A DNA stretch of 64,000 bases from Pirellulales bacterium. GTDB taxonomy: Bacteria; Planctomycetota; Planctomycetia; Pirellulales; PALSA-1355. The notes beneath the pieces were generated by a model. It was given only the letters and a program-made list of their open reading frames with translations. It ran no database searches and had not been told where the DNA came from. The stretch spans positions 237,665-301,664 of the forward strand of contig CAVTBU010000006.1 in assembly GCA_963733035.1 (NCBI GenBank), given 5' to 3'. Shown one piece after another: positions 7,406 to 14,775 of the stretch. Each line of letters begins with the position of its first letter. Within the stretch, counting starts at the first letter, position 1. The position numbers and the translations under genes are program-made.

Positions 7406-7843
7406 CTACAGTGCGAGCACGCGGCACACCTCTCGAATCCAGATCTCACCGATCCATTCCAGGTCGGCATACGGAGAGATGCGTGAAGCGGTCCAGCCGC
7501 TTTCGTCGAGTACTCGCATCATGCCGGGTGCCGCCAAGGCGTTCGTTGTGTGGATGATCACTGGGCATGTCGGCGGTTTCGTCGCGAGAAAGTCGGCCAC
7601 ATCGCGTCCGGTGCCGGGGTCACGCATGACACCGCCGATCAATCGGTTGGGTCCGAGATCGTGATCGAGGCAGATGAGAATCGGTTCGCCGCAGTGAACC
7701 TTCAGCCAGACGATCATATCTGGTGCATTGTCGAACACAATTGATTCATGGCCTGGGCAGCGACTTGCGAGGCACGGCAACATTGCGGCGATCCGTTCCG
7801 GCTCGTCGTCAAGAATTGCGACTACTTTTGATTCGCTTGCCAT
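7406..7843 (-). CDS. Stand-alone receiver (REC/CheY-like) fold protein, possibly of the cyclic-phosphate-processing receiver type
   Basis: ILDDEPE acidic pocket, CLDHDLG candidate phospho-acceptor region, no output domain, 145 aa. Sits inside the tRNA array. Confidence 0.4.
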   Translation of the reverse strand: MASESKVVAILDDEPERIAAMLPCLASRCPGHESIVFDNAPDMIVWLKVHCGEPILICLDHDLGPNRLIGGVMRDPGTGRDVADFLATKPPTCPVIIHTTNALAAPGMMRVLDESGWTASRISPYADLEWIGEIWIREVCRVLAL

Positions 7844-7869
7844 GTCAACAAGTCTAACAAATCACATTC

Positions 7870-7942
7870 GATCCCGTGGTCCAACGGCTACGACGCCTGG
7901 ATGACACCCAGGAGGCAGATGGTTCAACTCCATCCGGGATCA
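7870..7942 (+). tRNA. tRNA-Val(GAC)
   Basis: Acceptor gatcccg/cgggatc is perfect. Stem cctgg/ccagg. Loop ATGACAC. Confidence 0.55.
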
Positions 7943-7952
7943 TTTGCGAATC

Positions 7953-8023
7953 GGTCTGTAGGTGTGTTCGGCGGCACACCTCCTCGGTAAGGAGGAAGGC
8001 CGGGTTCGACTCCCGGACGGACC
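7953..8023 (+). tRNA. tRNA-Thr(GGT)
   Basis: Stem cctcc/ggagg is perfect. Loop TCGGTAA. Confidence 0.5.
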
Positions 8024-8093
8024 TTCAACCGAGCACGCGACATAGGCGTGCCGCGAGCGCAGGGCGAAAGGAATCGAGATGGATAGAAGTGAG

Positions 8094-8167
8094 GGGCTGC
8101 TGGTCCAACGGCAAGACGCTTGGATTGAAGTCAGCGTCGATGGCAACGGCGGATCGACGCTCGTCAA
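8094..8167 (+). pseudogene. Degenerate tRNA-like fragment lacking a T-arm
   Basis: Acceptor and D region gggctgctggtccaacggcaaga match neighbouring tRNAs, but there is no TTCGA T-loop. Confidence 0.3.
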
Positions 8168-8173
8168 ATACAT

Positions 8174-8244
8174 GGGCTGCTCGTCCAACGGGAAGACGCC
8201 TGGCTTGCAACCAGGAAATCGGGGTTCGACTCCCCGGCGGTCCA
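8174..8244 (+). tRNA. tRNA-Ala(TGC)
   Basis: G3-U70 present. Stem cctgg/ccagg. Loop CTTGCAA. Confidence 0.6.
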
Positions 8245-8255
8245 CTGAATAAAAC

Positions 8256-8326
8256 GGGCTCATGGTCCAAAGGGAAGACATCAGGCTGGCAGTCTGAAGA
8301 TCCGGGTTCAATTCCCGGTGAGTCCA
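8256..8326 (+). tRNA. tRNA-Ala(GGC)
   Basis: G3-U70 present. Stem tcagg/tctga. Loop CTGGCAG. Confidence 0.55.
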
Positions 8327-8344
8327 CTGATACGGGAAACCTTT

Positions 8345-8647
8345 TTACATCGGAATACCGGCATCAATCGCAGCTTGTCGATTGTGGCCGGGTTCGAGAA
8401 GTGTCGTTCCTTGATAGACCTCGACGTTCGCGTCCATGAGATCAGAAAGAGGCAGCTCAACATAGACCTGGGTATTACGGTCGGTCTCGACAACGTTGAA
8501 CCACGGTTGTGCAACGAAACTGCGCACCTGGATTTCCAGTGACTCGCCGGGCAACAGCGTGAAGTCGTGAGGCCACGGCTCGACCCAAATGACGCGCAAT
8601 TGCGCTTCGTCGTTGGTCACGCCGATCTTTGCGAAGAACTCACTCAT
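8345..8647 (-). CDS. Hypothetical protein
   Basis: 100-aa ORF ending 43 bp from the IS copy. Confidence 0.4.
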   Translation of the reverse strand: MSEFFAKIGVTNDEAQLRVIWVEPWPHDFTLLPGESLEIQVRSFVAQPWFNVVETDRNTQVYVELPLSDLMDANVEVYQGTTLLEPGHNRQAAIDAGIPM

Positions 8648-8689
8648 TACCCTAGCGTATTGCGGAAGCGTACGACAAACAAGTGATTC

Positions 8690-10500
8690 GGAAGGTAGAT
8701 GCTATGGCAGCGGCGAGGGACTGCGTTAGGCTCCGAGTCACGAGGGATTGTTTTATCCGTTGTTTTGAGGAGCTCAATCATGGCCACTCGACCGCAAGAC
8801 TGCAGCACAACGAAGCCAGTACTGTTCCTGGGTCTCGAATTAGGGCAGCGAACCTGGAAGTTGGGGTTCACCGTGGGTTTGGGTCAGAAGCCGCGGCGAC
8901 GTGAGATCGCTGCCGGTTGCATTCAGGCACTGAAACGAGAGATCAATGAGAGTAAGCAACGTTTTGGTCTGCCTGCGGATGTGGAGGTGATTAGCTGTTA
9001 CGAGGCAGGCCGTGATGGGTTTTGGCTGCATCGTTGGCTGGTGTCTGAGAACGTCACAAACTTGGTGGTTGACTCGTCTAGCATTCAAGTGCCGCGGCGG
9101 CAGCGACGGGCCAAGACCGATCGTCTGGATTTGGAACAATTGTTGACCATGTTGGTGCGCTGGCATCAGGGCGAGTCGAAAGTCTGGAGCGTGGTGACGG
9201 TGCCGAGTGAAGCGGAAGAGGACGTTCGGCATTTGCATCGCGAGTTGGAAACGCTGCGGGCGGAACAGACCAGCCACATCAATCGAATCAAGGGGCTGTT
9301 GATCGGTTGCGGCGTGGTGATTGATGTGAACCGCTGGCTACCGAAACGGCTCAAAGCAATACGGCTTTGGAATGGCTCGCCGTTGACCAGCGATTTGCGG
9401 CAACGGGTATTGCGGGAGTTCGAGCGGATGCAGGTGGTCAATCGACAGGTTCGCGAGCTGGAAAAGGAGCGTGCCGCCCGGATTCGCAGCAACGAAACTG
9501 ACAAGAGCGTCGCCCAGGTGCGGACGTTGTTGGGCGTGAAGGGCATCGGCGTCAACAGCGCGTGGATGTACGTGCAGGAGGTGTTTGGCTGGCGAAAGAT
9601 CAAGAATCGTCGTCAATTGGGTGCGCTCGTGGGGCTGACCGGCAGTCCGTATAGCAGCGGCAACTTGGAGCGCGATCAGGGAATTACAAAGGCTGGAAAC
9701 CGCCGGATGCGAACAATGGCTGTCGAAATCGCCTGGGGATGGTTGGCATTCCAACCCGGCAGCGATCTGAGCCGTTGGTATCACGATCGATTCGCGGCCG
9801 GAAACAAGCGTCTTCGTCGCATTGGAATTGTGGCGCTGGCAAGAAAGCTGTTGGTGGAGTTGTGGAAATACCTGGAGACCGGCGTGCCGCCTTGCAACGC
9901 GGAGCTGACCGAGTGGGAGGACAAGATTCACTACACCCCTTCCCTTACGCCGGCGTAGCGATTGGATCGGTGCGAGTATGGAGCGTCTGAACGACTGACG
10001 TCGAGACTGGAAAGCGACCGAGTATCCGGCGGGTACGAGTTAGGCTCACCGAAAGGTAGATGGGATCGCTTTCATTATGGCTTCCCGAGAGCGTCCAGGA
10101 CGCATAGGGCATAGGGTGATCGGCGATGATGCCGGCACGGATAGAAGCTAGTCGTTGGCCTCGGCCACAACGATCAGCGGAAGCCGCCAGTCATGACGTT
10201 GAACCGACAGAAGAAGTGTTTTGAGGAATGGCAGGACAAATGAATGTGCATCCCAGCACGGCTCCAGCCGCGGCGTGCGGCCAGAGCCGTCACGGAATCA
10301 TTCACCCGCCCTGACCTGGCTATCCCTTGTTGGGTTGCTCTTCAGCAGAGCTCAACTCCGTTTCACCAGGCAGGCGAAAGTATATCACGACTCAACGTTG
10401 GATGAGGAGCTTGACAGGTGCGCATCCATAGAAGCCGGATACGGTTGGCCGGGCCGCTCTGCTAAGGCGGTTCCCGCTCGTCGGGATGAGGGTTCGAATC
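8690..10500 (+). mobile_element. IS110-family insertion sequence, copy 1. The 1811-bp repeat unit is identical apart from 1 nt to 25952-27762.
   Basis: Repeat boundaries defined by alignment of the two copies. The transposase is followed by a ~540-bp non-coding 3' region. No terminal inverted repeats, as expected for IS110/IS1111. Confidence 0.75.
8780..9958 (+). CDS. IS110-family transposase (DEDD N-terminus plus a C-terminal transposase_20-like region)
   Basis: N-terminal VLFLGLELGQRTWKLGF and C-terminal LLGVKGIGVNSAWMYVQEVFGW..ALARKLLVELWKYL motifs. Start moved to MATRPQD. Confidence 0.8.
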   Translation: MATRPQDCSTTKPVLFLGLELGQRTWKLGFTVGLGQKPRRREIAAGCIQALKREINESKQRFGLPADVEVISCYEAGRDGFWLHRWLVSENVTNLVVDSSSIQVPRRQRRAKTDRLDLEQLLTMLVRWHQGESKVWSVVTVPSEAEEDVRHLHRELETLRAEQTSHINRIKGLLIGCGVVIDVNRWLPKRLKAIRLWNGSPLTSDLRQRVLREFERMQVVNRQVRELEKERAARIRSNETDKSVAQVRTLLGVKGIGVNSAWMYVQEVFGWRKIKNRRQLGALVGLTGSPYSSGNLERDQGITKAGNRRMRTMAVEIAWGWLAFQPGSDLSRWYHDRFAAGNKRLRRIGIVALARKLLVELWKYLETGVPPCNAELTEWEDKIHYTPSLTPA

Positions 10501-10554
10501 GGGCACCGCGGCAAAGCCGTGGTCTACCTTCCGCTGGTGAAAAGGCTCCTCCAA

Positions 10555-10917
10555 TCACTTCGCCTGTTCCACGTCGATCGCGGCCCGCAGCTCCTCAACA
10601 TTCGCGAATTGTTGAAGTGGAAGATCGAACGAGTAGTCGAGATCAATGATTCGAAGGGGGATGCCGAGATGCCTTTGAACGATCAGCGCGGCACTTAGGG
10701 CGGCGTCTGTCATCCCCGATATCGAGATCGCGTCGCGTTTCCGGCTGAGGTCGACCATCGTGAAGTCGTCGCCCTCAGAATAGTCCGCTTCAATTGGGAT
10801 TCCGATGGACGTATTATATCGAATCTCACCGAATCCCCTGACCGACTTGAAAATGTCTTGCAACGCCTCGACGGTAAATAGCCGTTTGTCGTCGCTGAAC
10901 AGCAGAAGACTTTGCAT
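10555..10917 (-). CDS. Hypothetical protein, candidate immunity-type partner just downstream of the nuclease-like toxin C-terminus
   Basis: 120-aa acidic ORF 15 bp downstream of 10933. Confidence 0.35.
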   Translation of the reverse strand: MQSLLLFSDDKRLFTVEALQDIFKSVRGFGEIRYNTSIGIPIEADYSEGDDFTMVDLSRKRDAISISGMTDAALSAALIVQRHLGIPLRIIDLDYSFDLPLQQFANVEELRAAIDVEQAK

Positions 10918-10932
10918 AGCAATTACGTACTC

Positions 10933-12260
10933 CTAGGGCTCGAGTCGCACCTTGCCGGGCACGGATAGTTCCTTGAGCAGGGCTTCAAAAGCTGACTTCG
11001 CCTCGGGCGAGTTGGTGATGATTTCGATTGATTTAAAAGGCGTTTCGCCACTCTTGATAATTGTGCGAACTCTCGTCAAATCGTCACGCACTTTGTCCAG
11101 AATCACGGCCCGGATGTCCTCTCGGATAGATGAGCCGGGCACATAAGGACTCTTGCCGGCCTTCGCTACGTGCTTCGCTTCAAGAATTATCGTATCCCGG
11201 TATCCATCGATTGCAAAAGACTGGCCGCCGCCTGATATCGTGTAGTTGTAGGGGCCGGTCTGCTTGATTTCATATTGACTCGCTGCCGATTTCGTGGGTG
11301 TAGGCTTGCGAGGAAGCTTCGCGACGAAGTCATCAAGAGTGCCTCCCACTTTTCCAGGAACTTTGCGAAGCGCCCTGCCGAGCACAGCCTTCCCGAGTCG
11401 CAGGATTGCCGGTGCGGCCACGACGGCGGATGCAATTTCAAACTCAATGCCGGTTGACTGCAAACCACTCGGTGTGCCGCCCCTGGCTACGGCATGCCCG
11501 ACTTCCTCGATACCCTTGCCACCGACGATCGTCTCTGCCGGGGTGAACGCCGAATGCTGTTTCGCTGGGCGTGATAGCTCTTAATGCGTTTCGGCAATTC
11601 CTTGATTTGGCGACGGGTGTGATCCAATGCATTCTTTGTCTGCCACCAAGCGTGTGCCAGGTCCAGCATGTGTGAGTCGGAACCGTCGGACTCGTCGCTT
11701 CCGCCGCTACCGGGCCCCTTGCTGCGGGGTGAGCGACTCTTGCCGGTGTTGATTCCGCCCCCACCGCCCCCCTTATTGATCCACTGCCCGCCGATCGGCG
11801 TTCCCTTGGGCGCCCGGGGATGATCGGCCTCGTTCCATTCGACAACAAGTGAGTCTGATTCAGTGAATCGCTCGATCGCATGCCACGTCCTGCTGTCCCG
11901 TGCCTCGATCTGTTGAATCGCACGCAGTTTGTCTTCCGCCTCGGCCGAGATCTGAGCTGCCCATTCCAGAAGCTCACGATCGCGACGAGCGTTGGCTTCG
12001 GCGGATTGCAGCTCGCGCAGCTCCTTTGCCTGTCGATACGAGAATCGTGCTAGCCGCCCCAACTCCTCGCGTTGAGCTTTCGCCTGTGCCTCGGGAGGCA
12101 TCATTCGTGGAATCGGCCTACCGAGAATCGCTTGTGCAAATAGCCAACCTTCGCTGGGCTGCGAAACTCCGGCGACATCCCGTGTCTTTTTGTAACGGTC
12201 CATGACGCTCCTCTTCATGGGTGCGAGAAAAAGAGCCCGCACCCGGTGCGCGCTTCGCAA
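10933..12260 (-). pseudogene. Paralog B of the 352..1749 gene, disrupted by at least two frameshifts. Its C-terminal domain is PD-(D/E)xK nuclease-like.
   Basis: Three consecutive reading frames (11487..12260, 11444..11977, 10933..11463) each match successive parts of paralog A (RDRELLEW / DHPR motif / HHWVPIGV ~ MHWITPV). The first frame switch is at the C/G homopolymer tract near 11755-11775. The C-terminus has AIDGYRD..ILEAKH. Confidence 0.6.
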
Positions 12261-12290
12261 GCGCGCACCGATTACGGGCTCTTTGGATAC
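12224..12290 (-). terminator. Hairpin-in-hairpin plus U-run on the minus strand, mirror copy of 300-350, immediately 5' of paralog B
   Basis: agagcccgtaatcgg..ccgggtgcgggctct with inner stem tgcgcgc/gcgcgca. The inner stem differs from copy A by compensatory changes. Confidence 0.55.
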
Positions 12291-12365
12291 TCGTTGTCAG
12301 GGGCCTACTGGCACGAGGACGTGCAGTCGAGCTCTTCGGATACCCCGGTCACTCATGGTGACCTT
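12268..12365. repeat. Right arm of the inverted repeat (partner of 208-298)
   Basis: Reverse-complement alignment. Confidence 0.8.
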
Positions 12366-12525
12366 GCCCAGCGATCAGCTCGCCGATTGATTCGGAACCT
12401 AGCACAAAGGGCGGCCTAGTTTCTAGTCGAAGATTTAATGGAGTGATTGGTCTGAGCAAATACGTCGCGCGAACCGTGCGGCGTGGATCTGTTTCCTTTT
12501 CTAATGTCTCAGCTCGCCTCGATGG

Positions 12526-12605
12526 TGAAACGGACGATCACTCCTTGCTTCTAACAAGGCCCGGTATTTCTGGGAGACGCGGGGGTTCGAATCCTGGTCG
12601 GGGCA
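12526..12605 (+). tRNA. tRNA-Arg(TCT)-like with an enlarged variable region and an imperfect T-stem
   Basis: Acceptor gcctcga/tcggggc. Stem ccttg/caagg. Loop CTTCTAA. Related to 27793-27865. Confidence 0.4.
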
Positions 12606-12699
12606 TTTTGAAGAAGAGTGGTTGGTGGTCAGTGGCTAGTGGTCAGTGAAGCAAGGGGCGGCGAACACAAAGCGTGCTCGTCTGTCCTACCTGTGGCCT

Positions 12700-12772
12700 G
12701 TGGTCTACCGCCCTGCGCTCGGCAGATGCCCATCTGCCGTGCTCGGTTGCTGGTTCAATTCCTCGGCGAGGC
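12700..12772 (+). pseudogene. Degenerate tRNA-like element
   Basis: Related to 6185-6262 and to the 3' part of tRNA-Arg(TCG) at 29219. T-stem disrupted. Confidence 0.3.
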
Positions 12773-12793
12773 ACTGAGAAGGCGGCGAGTTGA

Positions 12794-13444
12794 ATGATCA
12801 TGTTGCGAGCGATCCTAACAGCGTTGAGACGATTCCTGTTTGGCCAGCCTGTGGCCAGCAGGGTGACCGCGAAGAAACCGTCGGCAGAAGCCGTCGCGTG
12901 TGCGGTCGTTCATTCGACGACGTCGGCGGATCGCAACGAAGGGAGGCCTACCATGAACGCAGCCTATGACAAACTATGCGAACACCTGACCAACCAGAAC
13001 GTCGGCTTTTGGTCGCGCAGCGAGGACTTGTCGATCTGCACCGACTTTCGGGGCGAGGTCGGTACGTACCGGATCTTCGCTCGGATTGATGCTGATGACA
13101 GCTTGTTCCAGGTCTTCGGTCATTCGCCGGTTCGCGTTCCGCCAGGCTCGCGGCCGGCGATCGCCGAGGCCGTGGCGCGGATCAACTGCGGTCTGAAGGT
13201 CGGCAAGTTCGAGATGGATTGTGACGAGGGCGAGCTGCGGTTCCAGGCGGCCCAGATCCTGCCCGACGACGATCTCGACGAGCAGACGATTCGGCGACTG
13301 ATTGGTACGACCATGTCGATGTTGAACATTTACCTTCCGGCCATCTTGTCGGTCATCTACGGCAACGAACTGCCGAAGGATGCCGTCAGACACGCAGAGC
13401 CCGGGCGGTATGTGTCCGACGAAAACGAGCGCGGTGAGGCCTGA
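12794..13444 (+). CDS. YbjN-like protein (T3SS-chaperone-like fold), copy 1
   Basis: 216 aa, ~93% identical to 29313..29957. Two-lobed pattern GTYRIFARIDADDSLFQVFGHSP / ELRFQAAQILPDD fits the YbjN family. Confidence 0.45.
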   Translation: MIMLRAILTALRRFLFGQPVASRVTAKKPSAEAVACAVVHSTTSADRNEGRPTMNAAYDKLCEHLTNQNVGFWSRSEDLSICTDFRGEVGTYRIFARIDADDSLFQVFGHSPVRVPPGSRPAIAEAVARINCGLKVGKFEMDCDEGELRFQAAQILPDDDLDEQTIRRLIGTTMSMLNIYLPAILSVIYGNELPKDAVRHAEPGRYVSDENERGEA

Positions 13445-13457
13445 TCACCGCGCATTT

Positions 13458-13530
13458 GTCCTCGGAGTGTGCCGGATTCGCACGCGACCCTGCGAAGGTC
13501 GAGGACCAGGTTCAACTCCTGGCGAGGACA
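13458..13530 (+). tRNA. tRNA with anticodon GCG (Arg-GCG, unusual isoacceptor), copy 1
   Basis: Acceptor gtcctcg/cgaggac is perfect. Stem cgacc/ggtcg. Loop CTGCGAA. T-stem ccagg/cctgg. Confidence 0.5.
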
Positions 13531-13577
13531 TTTTGGAATGTCGCGGGATTGTGTACCGTAGTAGCGGGAGACACTCA

Positions 13578-14042
13578 ATGAACTTGCAGCATGAAAATCA
13601 CGGTCCCTTGCCGACGCGCGAGGACATTAATGTCTTCGACTCGCTTGACGAACGTTGCGCTTGCGATCACTTTTTGGGCAAGAACATGGACGAGGCTCAG
13701 GCACTGTTCAGTGATAATTTCTTGCGTTACCAGGAGGATTTGGTGTTTATGGGGCCTCGTGCCTTCCGCTTCTACGTTCATGCTGCCATGCAATACCTCA
13801 TGAGCCCCGATGCCTCAGGTGACGGCGATGCCGCCAACAGTTTCGCAGGGCTACTTGAATTCAGACTTGAACATGAGAGGAACGAAGTGCAGCCAGTGGC
13901 AGGTGAGCTAGCGCGGATATGCAATTACCTCTTCGAAAATATTAGTCGATTCGAATGTGAGCCATCCATCTATGGCGATGTTGGCGCTCGTTATGCAGCT
14001 CTGAATAGCGCGCTCGAACAACTCGCCACGACACAGCCCTAA
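13578..14042 (+). CDS. Hypothetical protein
   Basis: Approximately 154-aa ORF starting MNLQHENH. Confidence 0.4.
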   Translation: MNLQHENHGPLPTREDINVFDSLDERCACDHFLGKNMDEAQALFSDNFLRYQEDLVFMGPRAFRFYVHAAMQYLMSPDASGDGDAANSFAGLLEFRLEHERNEVQPVAGELARICNYLFENISRFECEPSIYGDVGARYAALNSALEQLATTQP

Positions 14043-14086
14043 CCCAACATGGTCCGGCTCGTGCAGCAGCATCAATTCTCAAATCT

Positions 14087-14158
14087 GACGCTGAAGCCAG
14101 ACGGCGTGGCAACTGCCTGCAAAGCAGTTCACAGCGGGTTCGACTCCCGCCGGCGTCT
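14087..14158 (+). tRNA. tRNA-Cys(GCA), copy 1
   Basis: Acceptor gacgctg/cggcgtc. D-stem gcca/tggc. Stem actgc/gcagt. Loop CTGCAAA. Confidence 0.6.
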
Positions 14159-14302
14159 TTCAACGAAGTCAGAAAGGAGATTGAAGCGAGGTTGATTCAG
14201 CCGGTTCCAGCGGCGCGCGGTGGCTCGTCCTTGATGAAAGGCGATTGCTACACGTGTGTTCCGTGAATGGGTTCTGCAGAAGGCTGCGTCTACCGCAACC
14301 AA

Positions 14303-14376
14303 CAGATGGTTAGCTCAGTGGGTAGAGCACCAGACTTTGCATCTGGCTGTCACGGGTTCGACTCCCGTACCAAACG
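14303..14376 (+). pseudogene. tRNA-Ala(TGC)-like pseudogene (acceptor arms do not pair)
   Basis: Good D-arm, anticodon arm (loop CTTTGCA) and T-arm, but the 5' segment cagatgg cannot pair with the 3' segment accaaac. Confidence 0.4.
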
Positions 14377-14775
14377 CGGCGAAAGCCGCCCGAGGGGCGC
14401 CGGTCAGCGCCGTCCAACCGCCCGCGGGGGCGGGCAAGCCTAGGTCTGCCGCTGGCATTGTGCTCGCATGGCGCGGTTTCGCGTCGTGACGTGTCACATG
14501 TCGGTGGCAACACAAGACGGTGCCTTGCAGTGCGCAGATTCCGCTTGTGCGAGTCCTTGGCAACGACGAACCGACGCCGTTGGCAATGCGAGAGCCATGC
14601 TCACGCAGCGCCTTCGGCTGAGCCAAACTGGCGCCTTGGATAGCACAAGCTCAAGCGCACTCCGCATACGGATGTGGGACCGACGTCTCGCTTCGCCCCC
14701 AAGGGCATTTTTATGCGAACTAACTCGGTGGCTCGGACGTCCAATACGTTCATGCACCGAGAGGAGGAATAAACA
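14370..14775 (+). promoter_or_regulatory. Conserved ~350-nt 5' leader upstream of the SPFH paralogs (duplicated at 31030-31444)
   Basis: Blockwise conservation between copies, a strong GC hairpin gcccgcgggggcgggc, and RBS gagaggagg. Confidence 0.35.

Larger units (their letters stand above)
3792..8326 (+). other. tRNA gene array 1: about 31 tRNA or tRNA-like genes on the + strand, interrupted by three small protein genes
   Basis: Recurrent GGTTCGAnTCC T-arm motifs every 75-100 nt. Complementary 7-bp acceptor stems were checked by hand for each member. Confidence 0.85.

Noticed and set aside
10221-10649. ORFs inside the IS 3' non-coding region (10221..10649 and 27483..27872)
   Set aside because: They differ in length between the identical IS copies only because they run into different flanks, and they cover the tRNA-like and candidate bridge-RNA region. 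They are more likely non-coding.
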